A DNA stretch of 51,897 bases, the filler included, from Catajapyx aquilonaris (lineage: Eukaryota), in assembly GCA_000934665.2 (NCBI GenBank). It is 3 parts of 3 records of this genome, joined end to end, with 100 filler letters (N's around TTAATTAATTAA, not from the genome) between each part and the next. Parts side by side here need not be neighbours in the genome. Positions count along the whole stretch, not along the records: positions 34,678 to 51,897 come from JYFJ02007000.1; 2 more parts are not named here. The stretch is one strand, 5' to 3'. The position numbers and the translations under genes are program-made. Shown piece by piece: positions 35,608-49,965 of the stretch (positions are counted from its first letter, which is position 1; each line of letters opens with the position of its first letter). The notes under the pieces are model-generated. The model saw only the letters and a program-made list of their open reading frames with translations. It was not told the DNA's origin and searched no databases.

Positions 35608-37753
35608 TCACATCCGTCTCCTGGCAAGGAAGCGAAAATCTTGCTGGCTACTAACAATAAGTAGGCTACTAACACGCTCAGACATTTTCAGACAATGCCA
35701 TGCTCACACAAAATATGACCTGATTATTGACCAGAAATAGAATGCAAAACGAACTCTGAATAAGAAAGTAATATACACACTGCGACAAGGAAATAATCCC
35801 TTTCAAAATTGATGTTGCTCTCTGAATTGTTAATTTTTTGTGAACGTTGTTTCTGGTATAATATCTGGAAAGTGTTGTTTTGTTTTTTACTTATGAAAAC
35901 GTGATATTCAAGCACGTGAATTTGCCACTTTTCATTATTGAGATGACCATAATAATCAAGTTCTAAGCCTATATAGGAAATGTGAGGTCAGATTTCATCC
36001 TGAGCAGTATGCAACAGCACAAGTGTCCAATTGGAAGTATAAGAATCAGGACCAAAATTTTGACTGTGGCCCACCTCATGGCCTGGACCCTCTCTTATGA
36101 GATTATGAAAGGCACACACCTGTGGTGAAGACCCAGTGGATAAGAGGGAGAGAAGATTCGCACGCAGGTAAGGAGGGCACCCAAGAAGAGAAGGTTGACT
36201 GCACACGTCAAGACCACTGCTAGCACGACTTGATGCGGACCGTAGCAGTTGTCTACAGCCAGGGGCTGCCCCTGGGCCGCCACCCCGTCTTCCTCAATGG
36301 CGATCCTTTCCTCTTTTCCCTCTCCCAGATTTCTCCCGCTGCTGTTATTGCTGATTGTCTTGACTTGTGGATCACGTCCAGAAGCAGGGGTCTCAGTTTC
36401 TGGACGTCCCTGCTGCTGCATTTGGTACTTGTACCATGAGAGACGCTGATGGTGACGAAGTTTGTGACGTGTTTCTGGCGATTGGGTTGTGCGGAAGGCG
36501 ATGGAGGACGTGGCTGGGTCTTGGGCCAACACCGCCTTCCTCTTTACTCTTGCCCTTGATCCCTGATCGTCTACCTGTTCTTCCAGCTCGGATGGCCAGA
36601 GTAGCTTGTGAAGCTTGTGTCTTGCTCGCGATAAAAAACTTTCTTCGGTTTCTTGCGTGATGATAGTCTCTGGAATATACGTCAGCATGTTTTTATTTTG
36701 TTAGCAGTGAAAATAGTGATTTTACTTATTTCACAAAATCGCACTATGTTTATGTCTTCCTTTACAAAATCCAACCAACTCTGTGATGATAATGCAAGTT
36801 AAGCAGCCAGGTATTTTTTACGTGACACTATAGTGTAGCATAGATACTAGGCCTCCTCGGTTCGCTCAGTTCATTATGTCAAGATTATCACCAGTTAAAA
36901 TATTATATGCCCATTCTGGCTTTCAATAACTTTATTTGTAGGTTTTCATCGGCTCCGTCATGTAGCCTAATATGCGTGTCCGGTGGCATGGCTTAATGGA
37001 AACATCAAATGTGTCAATACTTTACGCAGCGTGTGCTTAATTACGGAGCACATAAAGCTGCATCGTGTGTGGACCTAAATAATGTTTACATCCAGAAAGA
37101 AACTCGTATACTGTATGCAGTGAAATGAACGCGGACGGGAATGCGATGACCCGTTTACCTCAGCCAATAGAGGCATACATTATTTTCAGCTAATTAAAAA
37201 AATCCCTAAATTAGCGAGGAAACGAAAGTTTGTCTGCAAGCATGTGTAATGTGTAAAATATCGTGATCCAATTTAATTAGATGTGAATGTTGATACAAAC
37301 TCACTGACCATGATTACCCTTCCCCTAAATGTGTTCTCCATTAATCTTCCTGCAACAACATTGTCAAATGATGGTTGCAGGATGGTGTTAATGATTGGAG
37401 TTAACCAAGGGCTTAAAACTGATACCACGTAATGTCATTGCGGAGCTGCACGGAAAGCTCTTTGGGGAGCTTATGGGTATTCGACTGCGAAGACGAGCGG
37501 GGAGAGAAGCTATTGGTATGGCAGTTGCAAATGATATAGACCTATAATTCACTTCTCTGTCGGATGCATATTGTGCCGTAAGATTTATCCGAAAATTAAG
37601 TGCTGCTTCGTGCACTCCTACTACACACTGTCAGGGTACTACTGCACAGGATTTACACTTCGAAATTGCGGTAATATTAGCACGTGTATAAAACGGGCGC
37701 TTTAGGCCTACATACATTGCCAATTTGCCATGTTAATAATAATAATAATAATA

Positions 37754-37823
<70 letters not shown>

Positions 37824-40800
37824 GAGATGTTTGCCTTTGTTGGTTAATGCTGCATAGACGACTATACACGGGAAAAGGCTACATAAATCATGAGACCTAC
37901 ATGTAGGCCTACGGTACGCTATGTACGGTATATCATAATAATTTATTGTATACAGTAGGCTACAACATGATAATAATTATTTTTCAATGGAGGCAGGTGG
38001 TATGATACAATGCTGCACACTGTATAATTTTGATGCATTATATTCACACAATATGGTATATGGTAAGCATTGTACTGCACATTCAATAGCACAGTAAAAG
38101 TACCGGACTACTGGTAGGCCTATACAGTACAGTACACAGCAGGTGTTCACAGGGTTTAGCTGCTAGCGTCCTCTCTCGTATGTAGCGCACAGTTGATGTC
38201 AGTGTATCCTATCTACCATATTGCACATAGGAATATCTATACCAACGCATACTCACAGGCTTCGTCATTTGAATAATAACGGTAGGCTACAATAGCTAAC
38301 TCCCGGCCTGTGCAGTAGTCTACATTATCTCTTCCTTGCCCAGCAGTATAGGTACTGGAGCCATGCAAAATGTCTTCATTATTATGAGTTACGACCATCA
38401 TAATTATAATTATGCGTACAATCTACCATGATTCAGTAAAAACTTCAGCTTACCGTTCAAGCCATTAGTTTGTTTTGTACTGATTAACTTATGAAAGAAC
38501 TTGTCAGGAAAACGAATTTCATGGTCTTCATCATGAAAAACGAACCCACACGAACAATGGAGTCATGAATTTGTAATTTTGTGTTGACTTCAGTTATTTT
38601 CCTTTTCCTTCAACTTTTAGAAAAACATTCCAGAAATCTTCTCCAAAACTATGAAAGTAAAAGCATGAATATTTTGTCAGATTGCTTGGTCATAGGATTG
38701 GCACATGCAATTGATTGATCCATTATCGGGAAGAGTTTTTAAAATCTCCTCATGTTAGTTGGAGAGATTAGTGCATGGAGCATGAGCTGAATGGAGTGCC
38801 TCACTTCAAGCTCATTTCTAGTGTTTGATTCTAAACCACTACGTTTTAGCATTCGCTGCAGTTCATGTTGACATTGGCTCTTCTATACCCTGTACAGTGT
38901 GTACATGTCTAACACAGTCACAAGGGGTCGATCATCAACATTAACTGCGACAGAAACTCACCTCATTTTAATAAATGCAACCAATCTTCTGCAAGTTATT
39001 TGGGGCGTCTTTCAAGGAACCAACTTCCGAAGTACCAACAAGTACAGCACTATAAAATAATAATTAGAAATAGTTGTCCAAACTATTCTCCTGCAATAAA
39101 TAACCCCAAATTAGCCGCGAGGTTGTCCCCAAGTTCCACAAGTGGTAGGAATAGTTTAGGCAAAGGCGATGACAGCACATTGTCATTAGTTTCGCAATCA
39201 AGGTAGAGCTCATTTCCTGTGGAGGCTCCGAGAAGCCAATAATAATTTCCCGCCCAGCGTTATGCAACTGCCGACTAATATCGTGGTTCATTATAATTAG
39301 CTGTTTTGGCGCATTATCCGAGAAATTGAACAATTTGCCTGGAGAATGAATTAGTATGCATGGTAGTTTGAGCACCGGCATGGCAATCGATAGTCGTCTC
39401 CAGGTCTAGAGACGCCACAATGGACAATAATGATGCCTTTGAGCACGTTTATGGAAGGAAATAGAATGGACGGCTTAAGGATGAGGTTAGGTCCGGGTCG
39501 AGGGAGAGATGGATTGAGATTTCAGAATAGGGGCTTCCTTCTCCTAGCTTCCCATCCCCGAGGCCTTTATATCTACACATGCCAAGTACCAGGCTAGAGG
39601 AATGGATGGATGCTGCGAGGATGGAGCTATACTATACACAGAATGAACCGGCTACAAGAGATAGGCTGGAAGGAGGCTCCTCCTGCAAGCAATTTTGTTC
39701 TGCTCGGATGCAGACTTTGGTTGGCATTTACTGTAAGAGGAGGCTTCCCTTGGAGTGGCGCCCATTTAATTAGGCCCAAGCTCCGGAACTCGATTACATC
39801 CTTTGCCTCCAGGAGAGGATCCAGATTAATCTCGTTATCTCCAACCCTGTCGACTACGTCAAATAGAGCGAGGCATAATAGAGCCGCATGCACTATAAGC
39901 ATCCTTCTACTCCTCTCAGAACTTTTTTTTGCCACAAACATTTGCAATCCTGCAATCGGAGCAGTAATATTGACGTCTCTGGCAAACTTGCTGTATAGGA
40001 ACAGGACCTGATACTGTTTGCACACAGAATCATATGTGGAATATCTTAATGATAATTATGTTTATATTTATCTCACTGAATGTCTCAAATTTTGGATCAG
40101 TATATCCACACCATAATTATTCAGTATTCCATCTCTAACTGGCATATAGTGATGGTACTGTACAGCAGCAGGTGGCTTATAATGCCAGTAGTTAGAAGTT
40201 TCAAAATGGAAAGCACTAAATATAAACCCAGCCCGACCTAGGCACAGAGGGTACTATACTCAGCGATTCGGCATACAATGAGTGGGATTGACGAATAATC
40301 CTCATCGACCGAGAAATTAGCAACGGAAATTAGCTCCCATTGAAGCGTGGGCTTGTTCGATGCCCTCAACAAAGCTGGGTTGCATACCGGATTAAAAGTA
40401 GTTGTTTTTTTAAAATAGTCGGGGATAAACAGAACCTAAGCGCGTGCTGCTGCTTTTGCATATAGTCACAGCAGGAAGTTTGATATTCACATGGTGCCAC
40501 TGATTTACTCGCTTTTTTTTTGTTGACGGGGCAGGAAGGGCGTGAGGCGAAATTTCATCAGCTGGTGGATGTTGGTTGGGATCTGCAGGAGTGACAGTCC
40601 AATTTCAATCACAAGTGGGGGTTGCGGATATCCATTTGGCTTTGAGAGCACCCTATTTGTAAATGTGAAAGATTGAGCTGTGCCTGCCAGTCAACAACTT
40701 TTTCCAGTCGATTTTTCTCTTGTTAATTGAATTATCGTAATCACAGATTGGATTCCCGGTAGCCTCACTTACGACAACGATAATATTATTGTGGCACATA

Positions 40801-41651
40801 AAGAAGTACAGTTCCTTCCTCATACAGAAACCAGAAAATAGCCGTAACTTTAAGAAAAATCACACGCGATGCCCAACAGCATGGAGCCTATATAGCCTAT
40901 AGCGTTTTTTTTTCTTCTTACGGTGTGATTTTGAAAACTCTTAATTTCATCTCATTAGCATCAGGTTAAAACATCTGCGGCTCTGTGTGAGTACCCTTTC
41001 CACTGTAGCCTATAATCCGAGCACAATTGCCATGCTTTGGACCCGTCAACAGATTCAGTGTTGCGAACAATGTCAAGCTTTTGATGCAATTGCCGCATGC
41101 CGACGAGCTTCATTTCGCCCTTAATAATGCCCATAAAATATTTATGAAGTTGTAAATAAGGCATTGATACAGATTTGTTATATAGAAAAAGAACTTGATG
41201 TACCGGTATTAGCTTTATTAAGCCGCCTATATCTGTAAATCCGGGTGTTCATTTTTTTAAAGCCCTGAATTGACTGATATCTTTGTAACGTTTCCTATAT
41301 AAAGCAGATATGCTATTATAAATGCCAGACATGCTACAAAGTTTCACTAATTCTCAAATACGCAAATAGGCGAAAACATACTTTCCTTCAATTAGTTGCA
41401 ATTTTGTGTAGTATACTATACCAGTGTTAGGCGCTCACCACAATATTATTATAAGCTTCGTGTTGCTGTTGCACAGGAAAATGTACACTACAGTGTAGCT
41501 TAGCGGAGCTTAATAGTAGCAGGTCTTTACCTTTGTGATGCTGGCGGTTTTGTATCTCTTTGTTGAGTATAAAAATGAAAGCGATGGCGACGAGCGACGC
41601 TGCCAGAAAGAGGACGACCACCTGCCACGGGCTGTGGAACCGAGCCGACAT
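35608..41651 (-). CDS. Orphan membrane protein with N-terminal hydrophobic segment, furin-like site and second TM (exons 41651-41531, 36669-36120, tentative 35650-35608)
   Basis: MSARFHSPWQVVVLFLAASLVAIAFIFIL ends at a phase-1 donor that joins in frame to the exon containing RARVKR and VVLAVVLTCAVNLLFLGALLTCV. The last exon is tentative. Confidence 0.5.
37733..37820. repeat. (AAT)n-(TAT)n microsatellite
   Basis: Direct reading of the sequence. Confidence 0.95.
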
Positions 41652-44600
41652 GTTTCCGCAGCCTCCCCCTGAAACATGCAATATCAACTTATTCACGACT
41701 CCTCAAAAGCTCCTTAGCATGTCATCTGCACAACACCTGTTCCACATATGCTCTCTCTTACAGTACACACATCAGCTTTCACGTCACCATGGACTTCTAT
41801 TCTCTACAAAGTATTTCAGCAGTACATTGTCTAGGAACTGTATGAACTCTGTACTCGTTGGCAGTGTCAATGACTCCACTGTCGTATTTACTGTTAGCAT
41901 GTGTGACTTACTGAACTGGTTACCTACCCAATTATTTTATTGCCAATCAATTTTTGTGTGTGGAACCAATATACTTGCTCGCCCTTCAGCAACATAAAGC
42001 ATCACATAAAACCTGCTGCTGATTTGAGCTATCTCATTTTTTTTACAGCTAAGCCCCCCCCCCCCCCCCCNGGCCTCAGATAATAACTTTGCCAGAGTGG
42101 CATTTACCCTACATGATAGGCAGCCTGAGAGATTTCCCGCCAGACTTGAACGAAGACGGAAGTGTACACTACCTATGTGTGAGCAGGTGCGATGACGTCA
42201 TGCAGGTGCACTCTGGATACGATGAGCGTTGTACGGTGAGTTGCAACGTGTACGACCTGCACACTGGATGTGGTTTTAGCCCATGCAGGATGTCCTAAGC
42301 TCCTACTATATGTATGCGGCAGATAGGAGGCAGGCAGAGCAACAGCGCGCAGTAGTGCATGGGACGCAGGCGCCTATAGCTCTATCCCATAATAGTCGCC
42401 GAATCTTTCTCTGGTGCCTGGAGAGGCGGGGGTGGATGGGTATATAGGCTGGCAGGCAGGCAGGGGAGGCGGTGAAGGATTGAGGGGTTTTTGGAAGGGT
42501 AGATGGGGTGAGGATAATCCATCCTTCCTATTCCTTTCCTGGCATAAAAGCAGAGGCAGGCATCACCTGCGGCGGCTTTATTCATGAGGCTCATTAGCGA
42601 GTGGCGGCAACTTTGCAAAAAGTTATTCCGGGCCTCTCCATGCCTCTCACCGAATATTCCATTGGGCACAGCAGCAACTGCTGGTGAGCTGGGAGGCAGT
42701 ATAAGCAACCAACCCCAATGTGCATGGCAGCAGCAGCATTTGTGCCGGGGGCTGCACCAGTTCACCCAGCCCCTTTTTGTGGCGATAAAAGCAGATAATC
42801 CCATTAGCAATCGGACAGACCCGCATGTAATATACCACCCACTAATTCATTATTCTCTTCCTCTTCTCACCGCCTACCACCATCCAGAAGCCTCCATACT
42901 TCGCTACTTTTGATGATGAAGCCCATGGGAGCTTATTGCCTTTATAGCTACTGGATTCAACTTTCAAGAGGATGGCAAAAAATTAAATATCCTTTATTAG
43001 CTTGGAAGTAGCTGATAGGATCTTGTTCGTAAAGAGGCCGGAAAGTTACTCAAAGAGGTAGCTGCCAAAATAAGTTCCGGCCAAACATACTGGCGTTAGA
43101 CAAACATCAACAGTACCTAGCAATAATGTGAGGTGTTATTTTTCTAACCGTCATCTTGCTAATGCTGATAGTAGGATAGGGACAGGGTGCGTTTGTCCAG
43201 AATTTAAAGCTGGTGGTGTATATGCTATTTTGAGTGAATATGTACTGTACTGTGGACAATCCGTGTTACGCCGGGTACCTGCATCTCTAATGAACCACGA
43301 AACAGCATTTTCGACTCAGTCAAACCAACACGATATCGCTGTAATATTGATGTGCATAGTGCATAGGGGATCATTTACGTACATTTACTAGTGCTGAATT
43401 AAATTACGAGCATTCGTATATTGGCGGTCATCTTTGCCACTCAAAATGCATTTTTTTGTATAAATAAAGAAAGGAATGTCTGATTTTTATCAGTAACTTC
43501 GTATATTTTGTAGCAGGAACCTCACTTACCGGTACCAGTGATGGCCATGGCACTGCTAAGTTAGCAGTAATTAGCAAAATTCGACCCATTGCATTCATAC
43601 CATTTATGCATAGACCTACTGTAATAGGGCGTATTACCAAAGTCCACAGTTCAATATGTGGAATGGACGAGCAGTGGCGGATTGTTTAGATAAGTCATAT
43701 AAGCTTCACTGATGTGTGATTTGTATTATTTCCAATTATTTCACTGCAAAAATCAAGGACACACCAACTTGTCGTGAATATTGCTGGTCGCATAATGTCT
43801 GTGTATTCTCCTGTCATGCAAATAAGTATCTTTGACAATTTATAACAGGTGATAGACGACACCATTTGACCATGAAAAGTGTACGTGTTTACCAACAGGA
43901 AATTGCATAATTTTTTCACTCTAAAATTTTTCGAAGGAACTCTTGGTAGATCATGGCAGATAAAAACGTCCTGCATCGGCTGCATGTGATTCACCAAGAG
44001 TTTAACAGATGTGTAAAAAGCATATGCCTATCCCTTCATCGCAAGTGGTTTCCTGCCTTCCTCAAACGCATGAAAGTTTCATTGGCTTTAACACTCCTAT
44101 TTCTATACTCGAGGTAGAACATAACGTCCGTCATTTTGAGAGCCATAAAACCAATTATCCACTATTTAGCTAATTTTTAGGGTTATGTCACAGGTAAAGC
44201 TCGGGTCAATTTGAAACCAGCGCTGTGGAGGACAACCCTTGAATCATCCGCCATCTATGTAAAATATGTGGAAGTGACCCAACAGTTGTCCCATCTAGCG
44301 GTGGTGTCCTGCCACGCGTACACAGCTATCACACATAACTGAAACATTCAATCACCAGTTACTTTGCACCAAACAAATCATTTCAATTATTCCCACGTCT
44401 ATTTACATTTCCAGCCACAACACCCCCATTCCCTGCAAATCACTGTTTAATTAGTGACTAGTTGAGAGCGTGACAATGAGCCGTATTTGCTCTACCTGTG
44501 GTATTTGCTTAGCTGGTGACAGATCGCTCATATGCTACAATCAGCCGCGTTGGGTGTCATCGGGCGGCAGGTGGAGCAAGCATCGGGGGCCGATGGTGGA

Positions 44601-44906
44601 GGTTGGGCTAGTCTGGTGCCGGGTGTGAAGAGGGAGCTCTCGGTGCGCTGTCTTGCTTCGAGTGGCCCAGTGCCGGCCACGTCACGGGCGCCATATTGGA
44701 ACTTGGGCTGACCGAGAGAGGCTGGGAGCTGGCAGGCTGGCAGACGGAGGAAGGACCGATCGTTGCTGCTGCTGCTTCTTCTGCTGACAGGGGGAGGAGG
44801 CGGAAGGTGACAGCCGGCGCAAGAGGAGGTCATCCGAAGGGGGGTGTCACGTCGTTCCAGGGACGGTAGAAGAAGAAGAAGAAGGAAGACAGGAGGCACA
44901 GAGGAG

Positions 44907-47695
44907 ATGAATATCTTTCGGCTCGTAGGGGATATTTCCCATCTGCTGGCTATCATCATTCTTCTCCTCAAGATTTGGAGGACACGATCATGCGCTGGTA
45001 TGGGTGACACCTGACATGGTTTGGGAAGGAAGGGTGCAGCTGACTGGTGTGCAGGAACTGCAGGTTTTTTTCATTGACACCACAGGGATTATGGTACTAT
45101 TTGGCCCATGCATGCAGTGGAGTCGAGTGCAGTGCAAGGAAGATATGCAAATGCAGAGGAGGTCAATTTGGATTGTTGTGAATGCAACTATGGCAATGCA
45201 TGAGTGTCGCCAAGGAGAGCAGGGAAAGATTTTGGGGGGATGGAGAGTGGGAATGCGGACGAGTTGTCAGGCTTGAAAAAAACTAAATGTCTCAAGATTT
45301 GGTGTAGGCTATACAAGCTACTGCTGACTAGCTTTTGGTAACAAGTGTCTTTCTAGTTTTAATCACAACTAACATGTCTAATGCAAAGGGACGCTCCACA
45401 AGATTGGCAAGTTGATGTGGAAATTGGGCTAAAGATCTTGATTCGAGAGGGATGCAATTTTTCAAGAAATGAAAGGCAGTGAGTGTCAAAAGTTGGGAAA
45501 AGTGCACCATCTGTGAGTTGTGCTTCCACGGCAGAAGGTGGATAATAAGGGATCGGTGCACTTCATCTTGCAACTCCTGCATTCTCCCTTGTCATTGGTA
45601 TCATGACATTCACGAACAATCCAAAGGCAAGGCGATCAAGTAACAGTACGCCCCGTTGTAAACCATGTGACATTGCAAAGGCATCTGCAGCAGGATTAAT
45701 TGTAAACATATGGCACAATTTGCAGGTTGGCTTCTGCTGTTTTGATCTGCTGCAAGAAAGAGGAATTGTCTCACAAACAGTTTCAAGGAACTAGTCCCAG
45801 CACAGTATGAAAGACATTGCAATTCCAAAGTAACCTACAGTAATTTGCTGGCCCAAAAAGTTAATACACCACATGAAGTCACATTCAAAACCTCCAAAAT
45901 CTACCTGTGTTTGCCACATGGCGTCATTGTGCTGGCTCTTTCCTGCAGTCTGAAGAGCCCTCTGCAGCAGGCATGCAGTTTTCCTGACTGTGACCTCTCA
46001 CCCTGTTATTACCTCTAAATTCTGAGAAAAATGTATTGCACTGCCAGAATCAAAACCACATTTTTGGAGACCAAATTGTAAATCTAGTGGAGTGCCCCTT
46101 AATGAATCACAGCTCTTGTAACCACTTTTTCTTCTTCTTCCAGGTATTTCAGGCAAATCGCAGATCCTCTTTGCAGTGGTGTACACATCACGATACTTAG
46201 ACCTGGTAACGAACTATGTGTCAGCATACAACTCGGTGATGAAGATTGTGTTTCTGGCTGCGTCATATTCCACCCTATACCTGATGTATGCCAAGTTCAA
46301 GGCCACATACGACCACAACCATGACACCTTCCGCATTGAGTTCTTGCTTGCCCCAGTTGCTGTGTTATCGCTCATCATTAACCACGAGTTCTCCCTTCTT
46401 GAGGTAACTTGCTCTGAATACTAGATTGCATGTAGAATAATGGTAAGAGGGACTTCCAAATGGAACAGCCATGTCTATAAGCTCATGTTAATTTATCATG
46501 GTTTTCTACCTCAAAAATGTGTTTTACAACCCTTTTGAGCTCTAGACTATGTTGGAGATAGGTCTTCATGCAGGATTTCAGTAATTGTTCCAGTCTAGGG
46601 TAAAAGCATTATGGAAAAATTTTAAATAACTCCCTGTAGGTGTAACTCCCAGAAAAATGGTGCTTGAATGAAATATGGCAACAATTTTTTTGCCTTCCAG
46701 ATTCTGTGGACATTCAGCATTTACTTGGAATCTGTGGCAATCCTTCCCCAACTGTTCATGGTGAGCAAAACTGGAGAGGCAGAGAGCATCACATCACACT
46801 ACCTGTTTGCCCTGGGCATCTACAGAGGTCTATACCTGCTCAATTGGATTTATCGCTACTATGGGGAAGGGTACTATGACCTGATAGCAATTGTGGCTGG
46901 AGTCGTGCAGACGGTGCTCTACTGCGACTTCTTCTATCTCTACATCACCAAAGGTGGGTTCAGAGTAGAAGCAGAATAAATTGGAAGAGAAATAACCATG
47001 ATAGTGCCACCTGGCCATAAGGAAATTTTGTATGTGCAAAAACTGGAAATGATTTGTGAGGACAGGGATAACCATGGAGAAGTAAGGTGTTTGCTTTTTA
47101 GTCCAGGTGTGATGGACCACTGTAATGTAGGTCCAGTTGCCTCTCACATGATTGACCATGAGCCTGACCTTGGTGTGCAGCATTTTGACACACTGACTTT
47201 GTTGCTCTAGAATGTCTAGATAACTAAACCAGAAGTGGACAATTATAAAAACTATTTGATTGTAATAAGAATCATACATGTTGGCCTGAATTCTGGCTAA
47301 ATTTTAGCAATCGTCATTGCCATTTAATCTTACTTATTGACTGGATGTTGAAATGTGTTGTACTGCTAATGATTGCATTTGCAATGAATGTCGTCATAGG
47401 AATTGGCATTGTTAACGAGAAAACCATATAGTGTAGGTCAATAGTTGGAGTAAATCTGGCAAGATGGCAAGTGAATGTGAAACTTGAAATAATTTGACAC
47501 TTTCAAATTACAATTTCTTGGGTGGCAACTGTCCTTGAGCACGACACTGGTGGCTTCAATTTTGCCTACACAGGTGAAAAAAACCTAAGCTAAAGTGGTA
47601 GTTTAGTCATGTACACCAGGATGCCATTCAATACTGACATTTGATCTGTACTCATTCCAGTTCTGAAGGGGAAGAAACTCCAGCTGCCAGCCTAG
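44907..47695 (+). CDS. KDELR: ER lumen protein-retaining (KDEL) receptor (exons 44907-44997, 46144-46403, 46701-46953, 47661-47695; 212 aa)
   Basis: [17 protein letters not shown]...SCAGISGKSQ...TSRYLDL...HDTFR...[16 protein letters not shown]...[22 protein letters not shown]. Exon lengths sum to 639 nt. Confidence 0.97.
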
Positions 47696-48215
47696 ATTCC
47701 TGCCCTGTGGCCTCCCCTTTCCAAGTTGGGGAGGCAATTAATATGAGGAGCAAGAAATGGCATGCCTGCTAGAGCAGGACCTTTCACACTTTTTTTTTTA
47801 ACTTGCTTGTTTTTGGAGTGAATGCGAGTGAAAATGCGTGCGTGACAAGGGGAATAGATTTAAAAAGGGGGTAAGGTTTGCATTTGTAAAAACCAAGGTG
47901 GTTTGAAAAGAACCAGGGGTGCATTACCACAAGCCACATGAAAGATCTCACCCCTTTTTTTTTTCGCTACCTGTCAGATTTCCAAGAAAAACCACTTCTG
48001 TCTGCCTTCCTATTATTTTCGGTGATAAAATAAAATAACAGTAGCAATGAAATTGGGAGACAACAAAGAAGCCTAGTCCCAGAGTTGGCAGATTTTGCAG
48101 CAGTTCCCAACCTGTATTATTATTATCACTTATAATGTAATTATTGCTACAATGGTTAACCATAGCAGTAAAAAAAAAAGAAACTGTGGACCAGACTAGT
48201 GCACTTTTCCTCATA

Positions 48216-49965
48216 TTATTCCTTCTGTTTGACACGTTTCCCTCTTGATTTAGTAGGTTTGTCAATGGCAACGGCTTCAGATTTGTCTTGATCAGCAGCT
48301 GGTTCTACAACATTAGTTTCAGCTGAATTTGTCAAACGAAGTAAAGAAAGGATCCGAGGTCGCAAGTCAGCCAAATGCACATGCTCCTTCAGCGTAGTGT
48401 CCCGAGACCTAAGTCCCATAACTCCACCTCTGAGGCTTCCTTCATTAGCCACCACACACCAGGGAATTCCCAGGGAGTCGGTCCGTGAGATTTGTGCCTC
48501 CAGGCTGGAGTGGCCTGCATCTGATGGCAGGAAGGTGCGAACACGTGCAGACTGGAGTTGTTCCTTCAGATGCAGGGACAAGTCTTGGAGTTGGCGTAGA
48601 TTGGATGACCCTTAAATTAGAAAATGAGTCACATACTGAGAGCTTGAGAAGAATCTGTTCCAAGTGCAGTAATGCTGTGTGGGATGTGGCTCATTTTTTG
48701 CAGCATGAAACCATTGGCAGTGATGCATGGCTTCATCAGTCAAATACACAGCAGTGATTAATCTGCATTCATTTGATATTAACTCCCCAGGATCACAAAT
48801 ATATTTTAACTTAAAGTTACATTCAGCCTTATCATAGCACTGACTTTGTAATTATTTCAACAATGTAAAATAGGCTTCTGACGTCAGTACCATTCAAACA
48901 CTAAACACATTATGTATGAAGATTTAAGAGCCCATTATGAAATCCTAAAAGCCTTACCTGATGGAACAATTGAGACTCCAACTTGATAAGGTGCCAGTCT
49001 CTGGTGTAAACGAAAAAATCTTCTACTGTCCTGTGGAGTCTCCCATGCTGAGTCGCACAAGAATGCCAACAAGGCAGGTTGCAGTGGAAGGGTACACTCA
49101 AGCACTTGCGGAATTATATCCTTCCGGCCTTCTTTGACTCTCAGCTCAGTACTTGCTCCTGAGAAAAACTCCTCAGCTTCGTGCAACCTGATCCATTCCA
49201 GCTTCTTCCGACCCCACTGGAAATCTGCCTCTATGCACACACTATTTGCATGTGTCTCACTCAGACTAAATCTCGAGGGATCACTCGCATATCGCCGCCA
49301 CCAGGCCTTTCGATGTCTCTGCCAGAAATGGAACCATCTGGATGATGTCTGGGGCGAAGTGAAGAACAAGAGTTGCAGGTGAGGAGATGGGTCAGCCCAC
49401 ATATCTGTCACTTTGGAGCAAGGCTGCAGCATTGCCAGCCCTAAGGGAAGTTGGCATCCATTCAGGTCACGGAGCTTGCAGTATGTGTCTGAAACTATTA
49501 ATTTGACTTAAGAGATATGGGAGAGGAGGCAAGACAAGTTTGACATAAGGTTTGTTTTGGAGATAAACTGTCCATGACCAGTGAAGACATCAGGATCAAT
49601 CCTCCACCAAACTTGACAACTAGGAAAAACATGCTAAAAATATTGCCCTGTAAGAGGATTCAGCAGCCAAACCATTTCAGAATAATTGATGCTTGGCATT
49701 TCAACTACTTTTCTTCCAGGTGAACCAAATTTATCTGGCATTTGATTTTTGAACCATGTGCTCCTTTTTCCCACTAGCAATTACCATCATCTGTATTGTC
49801 CATCGATGCTCCATCAACAATAAAAACAGGATGATCGGAGCAAGATGTTAAGGAATGCCCCCACTCTTCCACCAGATTGTCTCTAAGGGCTGCCCCCATG
49901 GGTCCCACTCGGAGACCTGTTCGCAAGAACAGTGCCTCCTGACACCTCCTCAACACCACCTCCAT
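48216..49965 (-). CDS. POLG2: Mitochondrial DNA polymerase gamma accessory subunit (exons 49965-49785, 49488-48958, 48610-48216; about 368 aa)
   Basis: Class II aaRS-like fold motifs GPMGAALRDNLVEEW, LNGCQLPLGLA, WFHFWQRHRKAWWRRYA..PSRF, RLHQRLAPYQV, DSLGIP, LRSRDTTLKEHVH. Two phase-1 GT-AG introns. Confidence 0.92.

Noticed and set aside
37300..40025. Coding-looking stretches at 37300-37700 and 39000-40025
   Set aside because: No consistent frame, splice pattern or family motif could be established by eye. They may be decayed sequence.
44528..45010. 160-aa minus-strand ORF, or an N-terminal extension of KDELR
   Set aside because: GC-rich leader sequence antisense to KDELR exon 1. The KDELR frame has a stop at 44808-44810.
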